64,000 nt of DNA from Octopus sinensis. Its lineage: Eukaryota. The stretch is taken from assembly GCF_006345805.1 (NCBI RefSeq), contig NW_021836298.1, positions 3,430-67,429 of the forward strand, written 5' to 3'. Numbering within the stretch: the first letter of the stretch is position 1; each line of letters opens with the position of its first letter. The notes beneath the pieces were generated by a model that saw only the letters and a list, made by a program, of their open reading frames with translations, was not told where the DNA came from and did not search any database. Below are positions 1 to 10,856 of this stretch, one piece after another. The position numbers were made by a program, and so were the translations under genes.

Positions 1-344
1 CTATCTATCTCTCTCTCTGTATCCATCTCCACCTCTCTCTATCTCCCTCTCTCTATATATATCTATCTCCCTCTCTCTCTATCTATCCACCTCCCCCTCT
101 CTCTATTTATCTATCTCCCTCTCTCTATATCTATCTCCCTCTCTATCTATCTATCCATCTCCCCCTCTCTCTATCTATTGATCTCCCTCTCTCTCTAGCT
201 ATCTATCTCCTCCCTCTCTAGCCATCTACCTCCCTCTCTCTTTATCCATCCCCATCTCTCTCTATCTCTCTATCTATCTATCTCCCCCTCTCTCTCCCTC
301 TCTGTCTATCCATCTCCCTCGCTACGGAAAATCGGATTTTTTTC

Positions 345-833
345 TAGCGGTGTGAATTGAAATTGTCACCCATGATTATGACCCTAGTATCGATCTATTG
401 CATTTCAATCTATTTTAGGGTTAGGTTTAGAGTTATGGTTAGGGTTAGGGTTAGGGGTGGGGGAAGGGTATCTTTTATTCTTCACAAATGTAAATAAACC
501 CAATCTGCTTCTTAAACGAGGGACATATTCATACAGCAGGGAATGTTAAAATTGCTGAAATGCTCGAAATTAAAGTCGAAATATCTTACAACATATAGAA
601 TTTTCTCAATAGTAGAAGACACTTGCCCAAGGTGCCACGCAGTGGGACTGAACCCGGAACCATGTGGTTGGTAAGCAAGCTACTTACCACACAGCCACTC
701 CTGCGCCTATTTATTTACATTTCTGAACAAAAAAGATACCCTTCCACCCACCCCTAACCCTAAAACAGATTGAAATGCAATAGATTGATACTAGGGTCAT
801 AATTATGGGTGACAATTTCATATGACACCGCTA
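345..833. repeat. MITE-like inverted repeat with TTAGGG-like units in the left arm
   Basis: 345-498 pairs with 710-833; a SINE head fragment lies inside. Confidence 0.8.
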
Positions 834-1504
834 CAAAAAACTGCCGTTCAAACCGAAAAGGTCCAAAAAATTATTTATTTTGTGTTTTATTTACTTTGCT
901 AGGAAGTCGTTGTCGGATCGACTAGTCACGACTAGCTAGCGCGGACACAAAATAAATAATTTTTTTAAGCAAAGCAAATAAAACTCAAAAAAACAAAGTA
1001 AGGATCGACTTGTCATGACTAGCTAATGCGAGTGCGCGCACTGGGACCACTGTTCTCAAGTAGTACCCCATGGTTTTTATGAAATTAACTATTTTGACTT
1101 TCTCCTTTTTTTTTTGTTTGAGGGTAATAAAAAAATCTTTTTAGTCAATTGATATTTTATTTAGGTTTTTAGTCGCACGACACACTTTAGAATTCTTAGT
1201 CAATTATATAAACCTTCTTGATAAGCCATTCTATATATCTGTATTTTTATTTGCATGTATATTTTTTACCTTCTGTATTTTTTATATATATATATGCTTT
1301 TTATATGTTTAAAGGCCAGAGTAGTATTTAGATATGATGAAATGTTTGATAAGGGACGGTGTTATGTATAAAGTTGTTGAATCGAATTTCATGTTTCTTC
1401 TCTGATCGATGTTTCTTTATCTCTCTCTGTCTCAATTACACTTGAGCACTTCCTTTCTGCAGCCTTACAAACCCTCTTAAAAGCGGCAAAAATTATTTCT
1501 TGTC

Positions 1505-1555
1505 ATATGTGTGTGTGTGTGTGTATGTGTGTGTATATATGCATGTGTATGTGTG

Positions 1556-1605
<50 letters not shown>

Positions 1606-2193
1606 TGTGTATATATATTTGTGTGTATATATATATGTGTGTGTGTATATGTGTGTGTATGTATGTGTGTATATATGTGTATATAAGTGTGTGTATATAT
1701 ATGTGTATGTGTATATACATATGTGTGTGTGTATATATATGTGTGTGTATGTGTATATATATATATGTGTGTGTGTGTATATGTGTGTGTATATATGTGT
1801 GTATATATATATGTGTGTGTGTGTATATGTGTGTGTATATATGTGTGTGTATATATGTGTGTGTGTGTGTATAAGTGTGTGTATATATGTGTGTGTATAT
1901 ACATATGTGTGTGTGTATATATATATGTGTGTGTATGTGTATATATATATATGTGTGTGTGTGTGTATATATGTGTGTGTGTATATATATATATTTATGT
2001 GTGTATATATATATGTGTGTGTGTATATATGGTGTGTATATATATATATGTGTGTGTGTATGTGTATATGTGTGTGTATATATATATATGTGAGTGTATA
2101 TATATGTGAGTGTATATATATGTGTGTGTGTGTATATATATATATTTGTGTGTGTGTATATATATATATAAATGTGTGTGTATATATGTATAT
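1505..2193. repeat. Compound (TG)n/(TA)n microsatellite; similar arrays at 1-300 (CT/CTAT), 3685-3828 (TA, GATA), 20593-20755, 21430-21770, 23670-23980, 34675-35420 (CT), 35810-35982, 54100-54270, 56819-56990
   Basis: Direct inspection. Confidence 0.97.
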
Positions 2194-3682
2194 AAACTTA
2201 GATAAACTTAGATATGTTTCGACCAGAGATTGGTCCAGGCCATGTCTAACTTAATAGCACCACCTGATAGGATTATTCGAATCCTGTTTAAGTCAAGTTT
2301 TGTTCAAGTAGTGAGTTCTTGTTGGGTGAGTTGTATCCAATTATGGGTGGCTTGTCTGGTATTCTTTGAAGGAATCTATCCAGACTCTGTTTGAAGTTGA
2401 TGGGATCCTTTTCCTCTTTGATCTCCCTCGGGACAATGTTAAATAGGGCAGGGCCTGTTGAGGAAAAGAAATTATGTTGCAGTGTACATGTATGTTGTGA
2501 TCTTGAATTTGGCAGGGGACGTATAGCCCGTGGTCCAAGTCTCGGATGAACCTTGAAACTAATGTTTAGGTCGTTTGGGCAAAGTTGGCGGTATATTTTC
2601 CACATCGTACAAATGATGTACCGCTCACGGCGACGCTGGAGGGGGTAAAGTTTCAAGGCTTTAAGGCGATCCCAATAATCGAGAGCAGCCATGCCTTCAA
2701 TGCGTTTAGTGAGTGCCCTCTGGGGTGACTCAATTCTGGAGATGTTTGTCTTGTGTGAGGAGACCACAGTGGGCAGCGGTATTCAAGGTGTGGCCGTACA
2801 AAGGATGAAAAAAGTGGTATGATGACACCTTGTTCTCTGGACCGGAAAGTTCTTAAGATCCAGGAACTCATCCTACGAGCTGTATCGACCTTCTTGTTGA
2901 TGTGTGCACTCCAACTGAGATCGTCATCAACAATTACACCCAGGTCTCTGATATTGTTAGAGGCTGTGAGCGGTTCCCCTGAAGGAAGAGAGTATGGTTG
3001 TTTTAGTGAGGAATTTCTTCCAAAATGCATCAGCTCAAATTTTCCCTCATTCAGTTGCATTTTGTTTCTGTCTGCCCATTGACTCACAGCATATAGGTCA
3101 GACTGGAGTTGAGTTCGGTCTGCTTCTTCATTGACGATTTGCTGGAGCTTAGTGTCATCAGCGAATATTTTCACTTTGCAGTGATGTACGACACTGGAAA
3201 GGTCGTTTACATAAATTATGAAGAGTAGCGGACCTAAAACAGTTCCCTGGGGAACACCGCTGGTGACTTTTGCTGGGTTTGAGTGGACTCCATCAACTAC
3301 AACATGTTGTGTTCTATTCGCTAGGAAATACTGAATCCAGTGTAGAACTTTTCCACGGATTCCAACATTTGCCAATTTTGAGAGTAGGATGTTATGGTCT
3401 ACCCTGTCGAACGCTTTACTGAAGTCAAGGTATATGACGTCAGAGTTCGAACCTGTTCCCAAGGCTTTGAGTACATCTTCAATGTGGTGTAAGAGCTGTG
3501 TTAGACAGTCCCTGCCACAGCGAAAGCCATGTTGATTTGAATTTAGGAGTTTGTGGGTCTCCAGGAAGTCAGCTATCCTTGATCTTAACACTCTTTCAAA
3601 CACTTTAATGATGTGGGAGGTGAGTGAGATTGGGCGATAGTTGACTGCGAGGGATCTGTTTCCCTGTTTGAAAACCGGGATG

Positions 3683-3684
<2 letters not shown>
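2194..3684 (-). mobile_element. 5'-truncated CR1/L2-group LINE (RT domain and 3' tail)
   Basis: NYRPISLTS, QHGFR, YLDFSKAFDRV, GVPQGTVLGP, FADDTK; one 1-nt frameshift at about 2745; short repeated tail (TATCTAAGTT)x2; flanked by TA/TG microsatellites. Confidence 0.92.
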
Positions 3685-3721
<37 letters not shown>

Positions 3722-3729
3722 ATATATAT

Positions 3730-3829
<100 letters not shown>

Positions 3830-4186
3830 GTGAAATTGATTAATTATGAAATAGTCATAAAGATATTTGCAAAACTATATAAAGTAGCCACTTGTTGATA
3901 GAGTGAATCTTAATAGTAACAAAGCAGATGAGATCAAAGCAAAGACCAATACAGGAGGTTTTATTGTACAAACTCTATTTTTCATTGATTCTTTTGTTAT
4001 TTTTCATTAATTAACTTTTCTTTATAGAATCAATTTGTTATTTATGTAACGTGTCTCCACCCAGCTGGGAAGTGATCCGCAGATTTATAGCTCAAGATGT
4101 ACAGTGATCAACAGAGCACTTTCCAGCATTCAGGGTTGAACTGTAACCAATCGAACTGTAATAAGCAGAGTAATGTAGCTAACCAA

Positions 4187-4601
4187 GGTGGCAAGCTGGC
4201 AGAATCGTTAGCACGCCGGGCGAAATGCTTAGCAGTATTTTGTCTGTCGTTACGTTCTGAGTTCAAATTTCCGCCGAGGTCGACATTGCCTTTCATCCTT
4301 TCGGGTTCGATAAATAAAATACCAGTTACGCACTGGGGGTTGATGTAATCGACTTAATCCCTTGTCTGTCCTTGCTTGTCCCCTCTATATTTAGCCCTTT
4401 GTGGGCAGTAAAGAAACATGTATTTCGTCTGTCGTTACGTTCTGAGTTCAAATTCCGCCTAGGTCGACTTTGCCTTTCATCCTTTCGGGGTCGATAAATA
4501 AAGTACCAGTTACGCACTGAGGGTTGATGTAATCGACTTAATGCCTTTGTCTGTCCTTGTTTGTCCCCTCTGTGTTTAGCCCCTTGTGGGCAGTAAAGAA
4601 A
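4187..4601 (+). mobile_element. SINE family A, one full and one partial tandem copy
   Basis: tRNA-like head and conserved GCCTTTCATCCTTTCGGGGTCGATAAA core; further copies at ~8340-8500(+), ~9850-10275(-, two), 23392-23597(+), 48345-48535(-), 48563-48735(+). Confidence 0.85.
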
Positions 4602-4630
4602 TAAGAGACACAGCACAGTGACTGTTACTT

Positions 4631-4845
4631 TTTTACTGGTTTCAGTCATTTGACTGCGGCCATGCTGGAGCACCGCCTTTAGTCGAGAAAATCGACCTCA
4701 AGACTTATTCTTTGTAAGCCTAGTACTTATTCTAACGGTCTCTTGCCAAACCGCCAAGTTACGGGGACGTAAACACACCAGCATCGGTTGCCAAGCGATA
4801 TTGGGGGACAAATACAGACGTACAAACGTATACACACACATATAT

Positions 4846-4911
<66 letters not shown>

Positions 4912-5073
4912 GACGGGCTTCTTTCAGTTTCCGTCTACCATATCCACTCACAAAGCTTTGGTCGGCCCGAGGCTATAGTAGAAGACACTTGCCCAATGTG
5001 CTATGCAGTGGGACTGAACCCGAAACCATGTGATTGGTAAGCAAGCCCGTTACCACACAGCCACTCCTGTGCC
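4631..5073 (-). mobile_element. SINE family B with internal (TA)n
   Basis: GGCGCAGGAGTGGCTGTGTGG head ... CAGCATGGCCGCAGTCAAATGACTGAAAC tail; other copies 612-708(-, head), 8592-8978(-), 9245-9441, ~33120-33450(+), 46008-46394(+). Confidence 0.85.
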
Positions 5074-5502
5074 TTGGCTTATTAGTGTCAAGAAGAACAT
5101 TCAGCTTTGAATAATAGTTTAGATAAACTGAAGTTTACAATATTTTTGTTATCTTATGCAATATTTTAGAACCATCATCTTCTGTATATTGTTGTTTACC
5201 TCATTTTAGGAGTTTTTTTAAAAATTGTTTTATCTTCTCTTTTGACATCTTTCATTTAAAAGACATGGACATCAATGAGATCATGAAAAAAATGGTGACA
5301 TTGAAGCAGTCAAAATCTTCATAACTGAGCATCCAGATGAAGTAAGTTGTTCTGTTTATTTCCATCTCAAATTTGATTGCTTGTTTCTTATTTTATACAC
5401 AATATGAAATGTTCCTAAGTAATCACATACATTTGTCCATAATGTTTCATTTCTTTCTTCAACTCTTTCCTCTAATCCTCATCATTGTCACTTTTTATAT
5501 AT

Positions 5503-5889
5503 ACTAGCAGTATAGCACGACGTTGCTTAGGTTTGTTTTGACCCTTTAAAATTGGAATTTTTTGAAAAGTAAAAATTTTGCGTTATGTAGCTTTTTATTC
5601 TCTTTAAGTGAACATTTTTCTGGTTGAAATACACCGAACAATGGCGACACATCAGTCAAAAAATCGTTAAAAATAGGGATTTTCATAGAAAAAAAGCAGC
5701 TTTTTGATGCAAATAATTTTTGGTCTTAACATGGTCTGATTTGAATTTTATCTTCTACGGAATGAAGAGCAAGGCTTCTTCTATCATATTCTCAATTTTG
5801 GTCAACTTGCTCCTCAGGGTCTCGGAGGAGATAGTGTTAGTTGAAGGCTACCAACCTGCCATACACAGACAACTTCAGCTGTATATAGA
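5503..5889 (-). mobile_element. Non-autonomous Helitron
   Basis: 5' TC-TATA, decayed subterminal hairpin, 3' CTAG; same family as 18243-18621. Confidence 0.7.
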
Positions 5890-5904
5890 GAGAGATTTAA
5901 CCAA

Positions 5905-6490
5905 ACCTTGAAGCATGCTAGAATTAAGAGAATGTGAGTGAGAGAGAAACCCATCCTCACACACTGCAATGGGGTATTCTGGTAGGAAATATTCAACTCA
6001 AGAGATGAGGGAAAGATGGAGTTAGTAGATGGATGGTGACTTTGTCAAGAAGTCCTTTTGCCACAAACAGTTGAAGCTTTTATTGATGCCAAGGGCCACA
6101 GCAATTCTTTTGCAGAATTTATCAAACATACGAAAATACTGGTGTGTCACATAGGAATCAAGCCCCAACTTGATCTGGCTTTATAAAACTGTACTGGTGT
6201 TCATTGAATAGAGAAAGATACCCAAAAGGACAAAGATGATGGTTCTTGGTAGCTTTTTACTTCAAAATTGAAATATTGGAAGTTAGAAGGAAACGATGGT
6301 AGTCAGTAGATGGGATATTGTCTGCAGGAATATAGAGCTGGGCTTCTCAAAGAGGTAAGTACTACCAATGTGTAGGGGCTGTGGGGAAATTTTATAAGAA
6401 TTTATGTGCATATGAAACAGGAAGAATGTGTACCTGAGTTTAGCTGAAGCTAGGCAGTAAAGGTTGGATCAGTAACAAAAGTGAATCAGT
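5905..6490 (-). mobile_element. Highly decayed LINE RT fragment
   Basis: IAVALGINKSFNCLW resembles AVALDISKAFDRVW; NSSMLQG resembles NSGVPQG. Confidence 0.55.
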
Positions 6491-6934
6491 GATTCAAATA
6501 TTCACACCCCTGGCACCTGTGCCGGTGGCACGTAAAATGCACTCACTACACCCATGGAGTGGTTGGCGTTAGGAAGGGCATCCAGCAGTAGAAACTCTGC
6601 CAGATCAAGATTGGATCCAGGTGCAGCTTCCTGGCTTCCCAGACCCCAGTTGAACGGTTCAACCCATGCTAGCATGTAAAACGGACGTTAAACAATGATG
6701 ATGATGTGTGTGTGTGTGGATGAGGTAAATAGTTACCCATTTCAAGACTGGGAATCAAAACAGCGATCCGACGACTGCAAGTCTGCTGGCCTAACCACTG
6801 GGCCATTGCGCCTCCACACACACACACACACACATATACATATATATATATATGCGTGTGTGTATACCCGTATGTGTAAATACAGTATAAATTCCATTTA
6901 ATTACTCCCTGCCCCAATCATTCCACCCCTTTAA

Positions 6935-7154
6935 GCCTTTCGTTACCATCTTTCTGTTGAGATGTTCTGTGTTTCTTTCAATTACCTTAAATATAACAAA
7001 GAATGTAGTAAAATAACTTCGTTATCCTTAAGCTAGTTTTAGGGACATAAATTGTGACTAAGGTTTGGTGGAAGATTTTATTCAGAATGTATGAAAACAA
7101 GACATTTGTACTACAGAGCCAGAGGCGGTTTCAGCCATGTTGGTAACGAAAGGG
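6935..7154. mobile_element. piggyBac-type MITE
   Basis: TTAA on both sides; TIR (C/G)CCTTTCGTTAC...GTAACGAAAGGG. Confidence 0.85.
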
Positions 7155-7264
7155 TTAATGAATTTGATTCTTTTTCTTATCTTTTTCTGTGTTGTTTTTT
7201 TGCTTCTAATTTTTCTCCTCCCCTTCCAACACCATTTTTACTATTTTTTTCTTCTTTTCTTCGG

Positions 7265-7407
7265 GTGAACCAACGAGATAACTCCTTACACTACACCTGT
7301 AGTTCTGGTTACACAGACACAGTTGGTCTGTTGTTAATTCACATTGGCATTAATGCCAATATCGGGGACAAATATGGTGACACACCCTTACATTTGGCTG
7401 TTCGAAA
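7265..7407 (+). pseudogene. Ankyrin exon 2 (VNQRD..SLHYTC..GY....GDTPLHLAVR) with mutated acceptor
   Basis: Polypyrimidine tract ends in tcGG instead of tcAG; donor gtaagt at 7408. Confidence 0.85.
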
Positions 7408-8999
7408 GTAAGTCCCTTTCGATTCTGGAATATCCAAATCTGTTTCTTTTGCACTTTCAATAATGTTTGTCGCATTTTTTCAATGAGTCATTCATGCCAT
7501 AATCCCACCATGGGGTTGTTGTCGTTCTTCCCTCTTTCACACTGTAATGTCACTGTAATCTTCTTCATCATCATCGTTTAACGTCCGCTTTCCATGCTAG
7601 CATGGGTTGGACAATTTGACTGAGGACTGGCGAACCAGATCACTGCACCAGGCAACAATCTTGATCTGGCAGAGTTTCTACAGCTGGATGCCCTTCCTAA
7701 CGCCAACCACTCCGAGAGTGTAGTGGGTGCTTTTACGTTCCACTGGCACGGGGGCCAGTCAGGAACGACCTCACTCGAATCTTTTTACACATGCCACCGG
7801 TACAGGTGCCAGTAAGGCGACGCTGGTAACAATCACACTCGAATGGTGCCTTTTATGTGCCACTGGCAAGCAAGCCGGTTAGCTGCTCTGTCAACGATCA
7901 CACTCGTATGGTGCTCTTTGCACCCCGCTAGCACGGATGCCAGTCATCGAATTTGATTTTGATTCTACTTTAATTAATCATCATCATAGTTCTTGCCTGA
8001 CTGGTCATCTCATTCTCCGTTACCTCAACGTTACAGGTTCAAACCCTCCCTTTTCTTCTGTTCATCGCATGTAAAACTTCCGCCTTCTCTCTCTCTCTCG
8101 CTCTTGTAATTTCCCTTTTTCCTCTGACCCTGGGCTAAATACAGAATCACCCCTTTCAGTATTTACATTTGTTTCTTTATGTTCCATGTTCAAATCTTGC
8201 CAGAGTATCTATTAGCACTCTGGGGTCATTATAATATGTACCAGTAATATCCAGGGGTTTATGCAATAAACTGTTCTCCCACTCCACTCTGTTTCTTGTG
8301 TCTTATTACTGTTGGACAAAATACCTTGTGGTATTTATTTATGACTCTTTATGTTCTGAGTTCAAATCCTGCCAAGATCGACTTGTCCTTCCATCTTTGC
8401 AAGGTTGATAAAATGCAATACCAGTCATGTAATGGGGTCCATACAACTATCTATAGCCCTTCTTTCTCTCCTAAATTTCATGTTTATATAACTGTTGTTC
8501 ATTGTACCATATATACATTTCTGTGTTTACTCAGGTGTGTATATACAATTTTTGTACTGTGTAGAGTGTGTAGTGAATAAATATATCTTTTTTTCTTTGA
8601 CTGCGGCCATGCTGGAGCACCGCCTTTAATCGAGCAATTCGACCCCGGGACTTATTCTTTGTAAGCCCAGTACTTATTCTATCGGTCTCTTTTTGCCGAA
8701 CCGCTAAGTTATGGGGACGTAAAGACACCAGCATCGGTTGTCAAGCAATGGTGGGGGGACAAAAACAGACACACAAACACACACACACACACGCACATAA
8801 AGATATACATATATACGACAGGCTTCTTTCAGTTTCCGTCTACCAAATCCACTCACAAGGCATTGGTCGGCCCGGGGCTATAGCAGAAGACACTTGCCCA
8901 AGATGCCACGCAGTGGGACTGAACCCGGAACAATGTGGCTGGTTAGCAAGCTACTTACCACACAGCCACTCCTGCGCCTATGTTGACTTAATTACATTT

Positions 9000-9686
9000 G
9001 TTTTCTCTAATGACTTAATAACTATTAATTATCTCTATCATTGTGATGTTTGTATTTTTCACGTTTTTCTTCCCTCTTTCCATAACATCCAGCCAACATT
9101 ATGATGTGGTGGCTTTGATGCTGGTCGAGGTTAGTTAACAAATGCATATTATATACACTCTCTCGTCTTTGATTGATCTGTTAAATATTAATATCATTAA
9201 GGTACCAGTGAAATAATGGGGGTAGGTTTAATCAGCTGTATACTCTTTTACTTGTTTCAGTCATTTGACTGTGGCCATGCTGGAGCACCACCTTTAGTCG
9301 AACAAATCGACTTAGTGATTCAGCAAAAGAGACCGATAGAATAAGTACTAGGCTTACAAAGAATAAATCCTGGGGTCGATTTGTTCGACTAAAGGTGGTG
9401 CTCCAGCATGGCCACAGTCAAATGACTGAAACAAGTAAAAGAGTATACAGGTGATTAAACCTACCCCCATTATTTCACTGGTACCTTAATGATATCAATA
9501 TTTAACAGATCAATGAAAGACGAGAGAGTGTATATAATATGCATTTGTTAACTAACCTCGACCAGCATCAAAGCCACCACATCATAATGTTGGCTGGAAG
9601 TTATGGAAAGATGGAAGAAAAACGTGAAAAATACAAACATCACAATGATAGAGATAATTAATAGTTATTAAGTCATTAGAGAAAAC
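9000..9686. repeat. Near-perfect ~312-bp inverted duplication with a 63-bp spacer, containing exon 3 in both orientations
   Basis: 9000-9311 is the reverse complement of 9375-9686; exon 9093-9129(+) is mirrored at 9557-9593(-). Confidence 0.95.
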
Positions 9687-10856
9687 GAAACTCAAACCAG
9701 TAACTACCCAATACTGAGAGAATTTATGTTTTGAAGTACCACCTAATTGGGGTCCCACTATTTTTACTGCATTTTAAAATAAATACATGGCATTGGAGCA
9801 ATGACGATAAATTTCATACCATGAATGCCCAGGGAGTATCGTAAGGAGGTTCGATTTCTTTTCTACTCTGGGCACAAGGCCCGAAATTTTGGGGACTGTC
9901 GTGTAGATTAACCTCAGTATGCAACTGGTACTTCATTTATCGTTCCCAAGAGGATGAATGTCAAAGACGACCTTGGCGGAATTTGAACTCAGAACGTAAA
10001 GACAGACTAAATACCGCTAAACTTTTCGCCCGGCGTGCTAACGTTTCTTATTTCTTTACTACCCACAAGGGGCTAAACACGGAGAGGACAAGCAAGGACA
10101 GACAAACGGATTAAGTCGATTACATCGACCCCAGTTCATAACTGGTACTTAATTTATCGATGCCGAAAGGATGAAAACAAAGTTGACCTCGGCGGAATTT
10201 GAACTCAGAACGTAGCGGCAGAGAAAATACCACTAAGCATTTTGCCCAATGTGCTAACGTTTCTGCCAGCTCACCACCATAGAAGGTTCAATTTAAATTC
10301 TGAAGGGCCTCTTAAATGGGGCTCCACTTACCCCCTTCTCCTATTTTTACTTGCTCCTGTGTTTATTGATTGAATTATGACCAGCATCAGTGCTTAGCAT
10401 ATTTACAGAAGCTACCCCTGAAGCTGCCTTACCATAGTAAGGGATAAAGATAGGTTAGGCTGAAGCAATTTGTTTATGAAGCCTTTATCGTGTATCTAAC
10501 ACATACACAGAGCAAATTATAGAAGACATCATGAAGGTTAACTCTATTGACAGACAGTTTGATCAAGTACCCAGTAGAAGATAATAACGACACATTGATA
10601 TTCACCCGGATTTTCATGTAAATTTTCATTTTCTATTTTTACCTCCACAAAGGGTTCAGTGAAATCAGAATTGAAGAACAATCAGAAAATGACACTGTTG
10701 CTTGAAGCCGTTTCCAGGGGCCACCTCGCGAAATGCTGTTGATAGTGAAGGCAATAACTGTTTGCACCTTGCTATGAAAAGAGATGTTTAATTCCGAGGG
10801 TACACCCATGGATATTTTAGATGAGATAAATTTTACAATTGTTTGTAAATATATAT

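Noticed and set aside
415-457. TTAGGG units as a real telomere or chromosome fusion site
   Set aside because: Only a few degenerate units, embedded in one arm of a dispersed inverted repeat.
1334-1405. Box C (ATGATGA) and box D (CTGA) 72 nt apart, a possible C/D snoRNA
   Set aside because: Only a 2-bp terminal stem, no clear C'/D' boxes and no rRNA-complementary guide that I could identify; expected by chance in AT-rich DNA.
2213-2245. Stem-loop followed by GAAAC at the LINE 3' end (GACCA-atctc-TGGTC-GAAAC), resembling a hammerhead
   Set aside because: No CUGNNGA core precedes the stem; this is more likely the ordinary LINE 3' recognition hairpin.
1493-2254. Long ORFs rich in C/V/Y/I or H/T/Y/I here and at 21.4, 23.7, 54.0 and 61.0 kb
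   Set aside because: They are translations of (TG)n/(TA)n/(CATA)n microsatellites, which lack stop codons in most frames.
2819-3082. Antisense ORFs over the LINE and Penelope elements (also 11032-11784, 12422-12935, 29796-30215)
   Set aside because: Shadow frames of GC-richer coding strands with no recognisable motifs.
4074-4178. Possible upstream 5'UTR exon of the plus-strand gene (tctccacccag acceptor ... gtaatg)
   Set aside because: Weak donor, no coding signal and no paralogous counterpart visible in the window to confirm it.
5286-5292. A7 frameshift in exon 1 as proof of pseudogenisation
   Set aside because: Single-base homopolymer indels (also ~2745 and ~11787) may be long-read errors; the pseudogene call rests on the other lesions.
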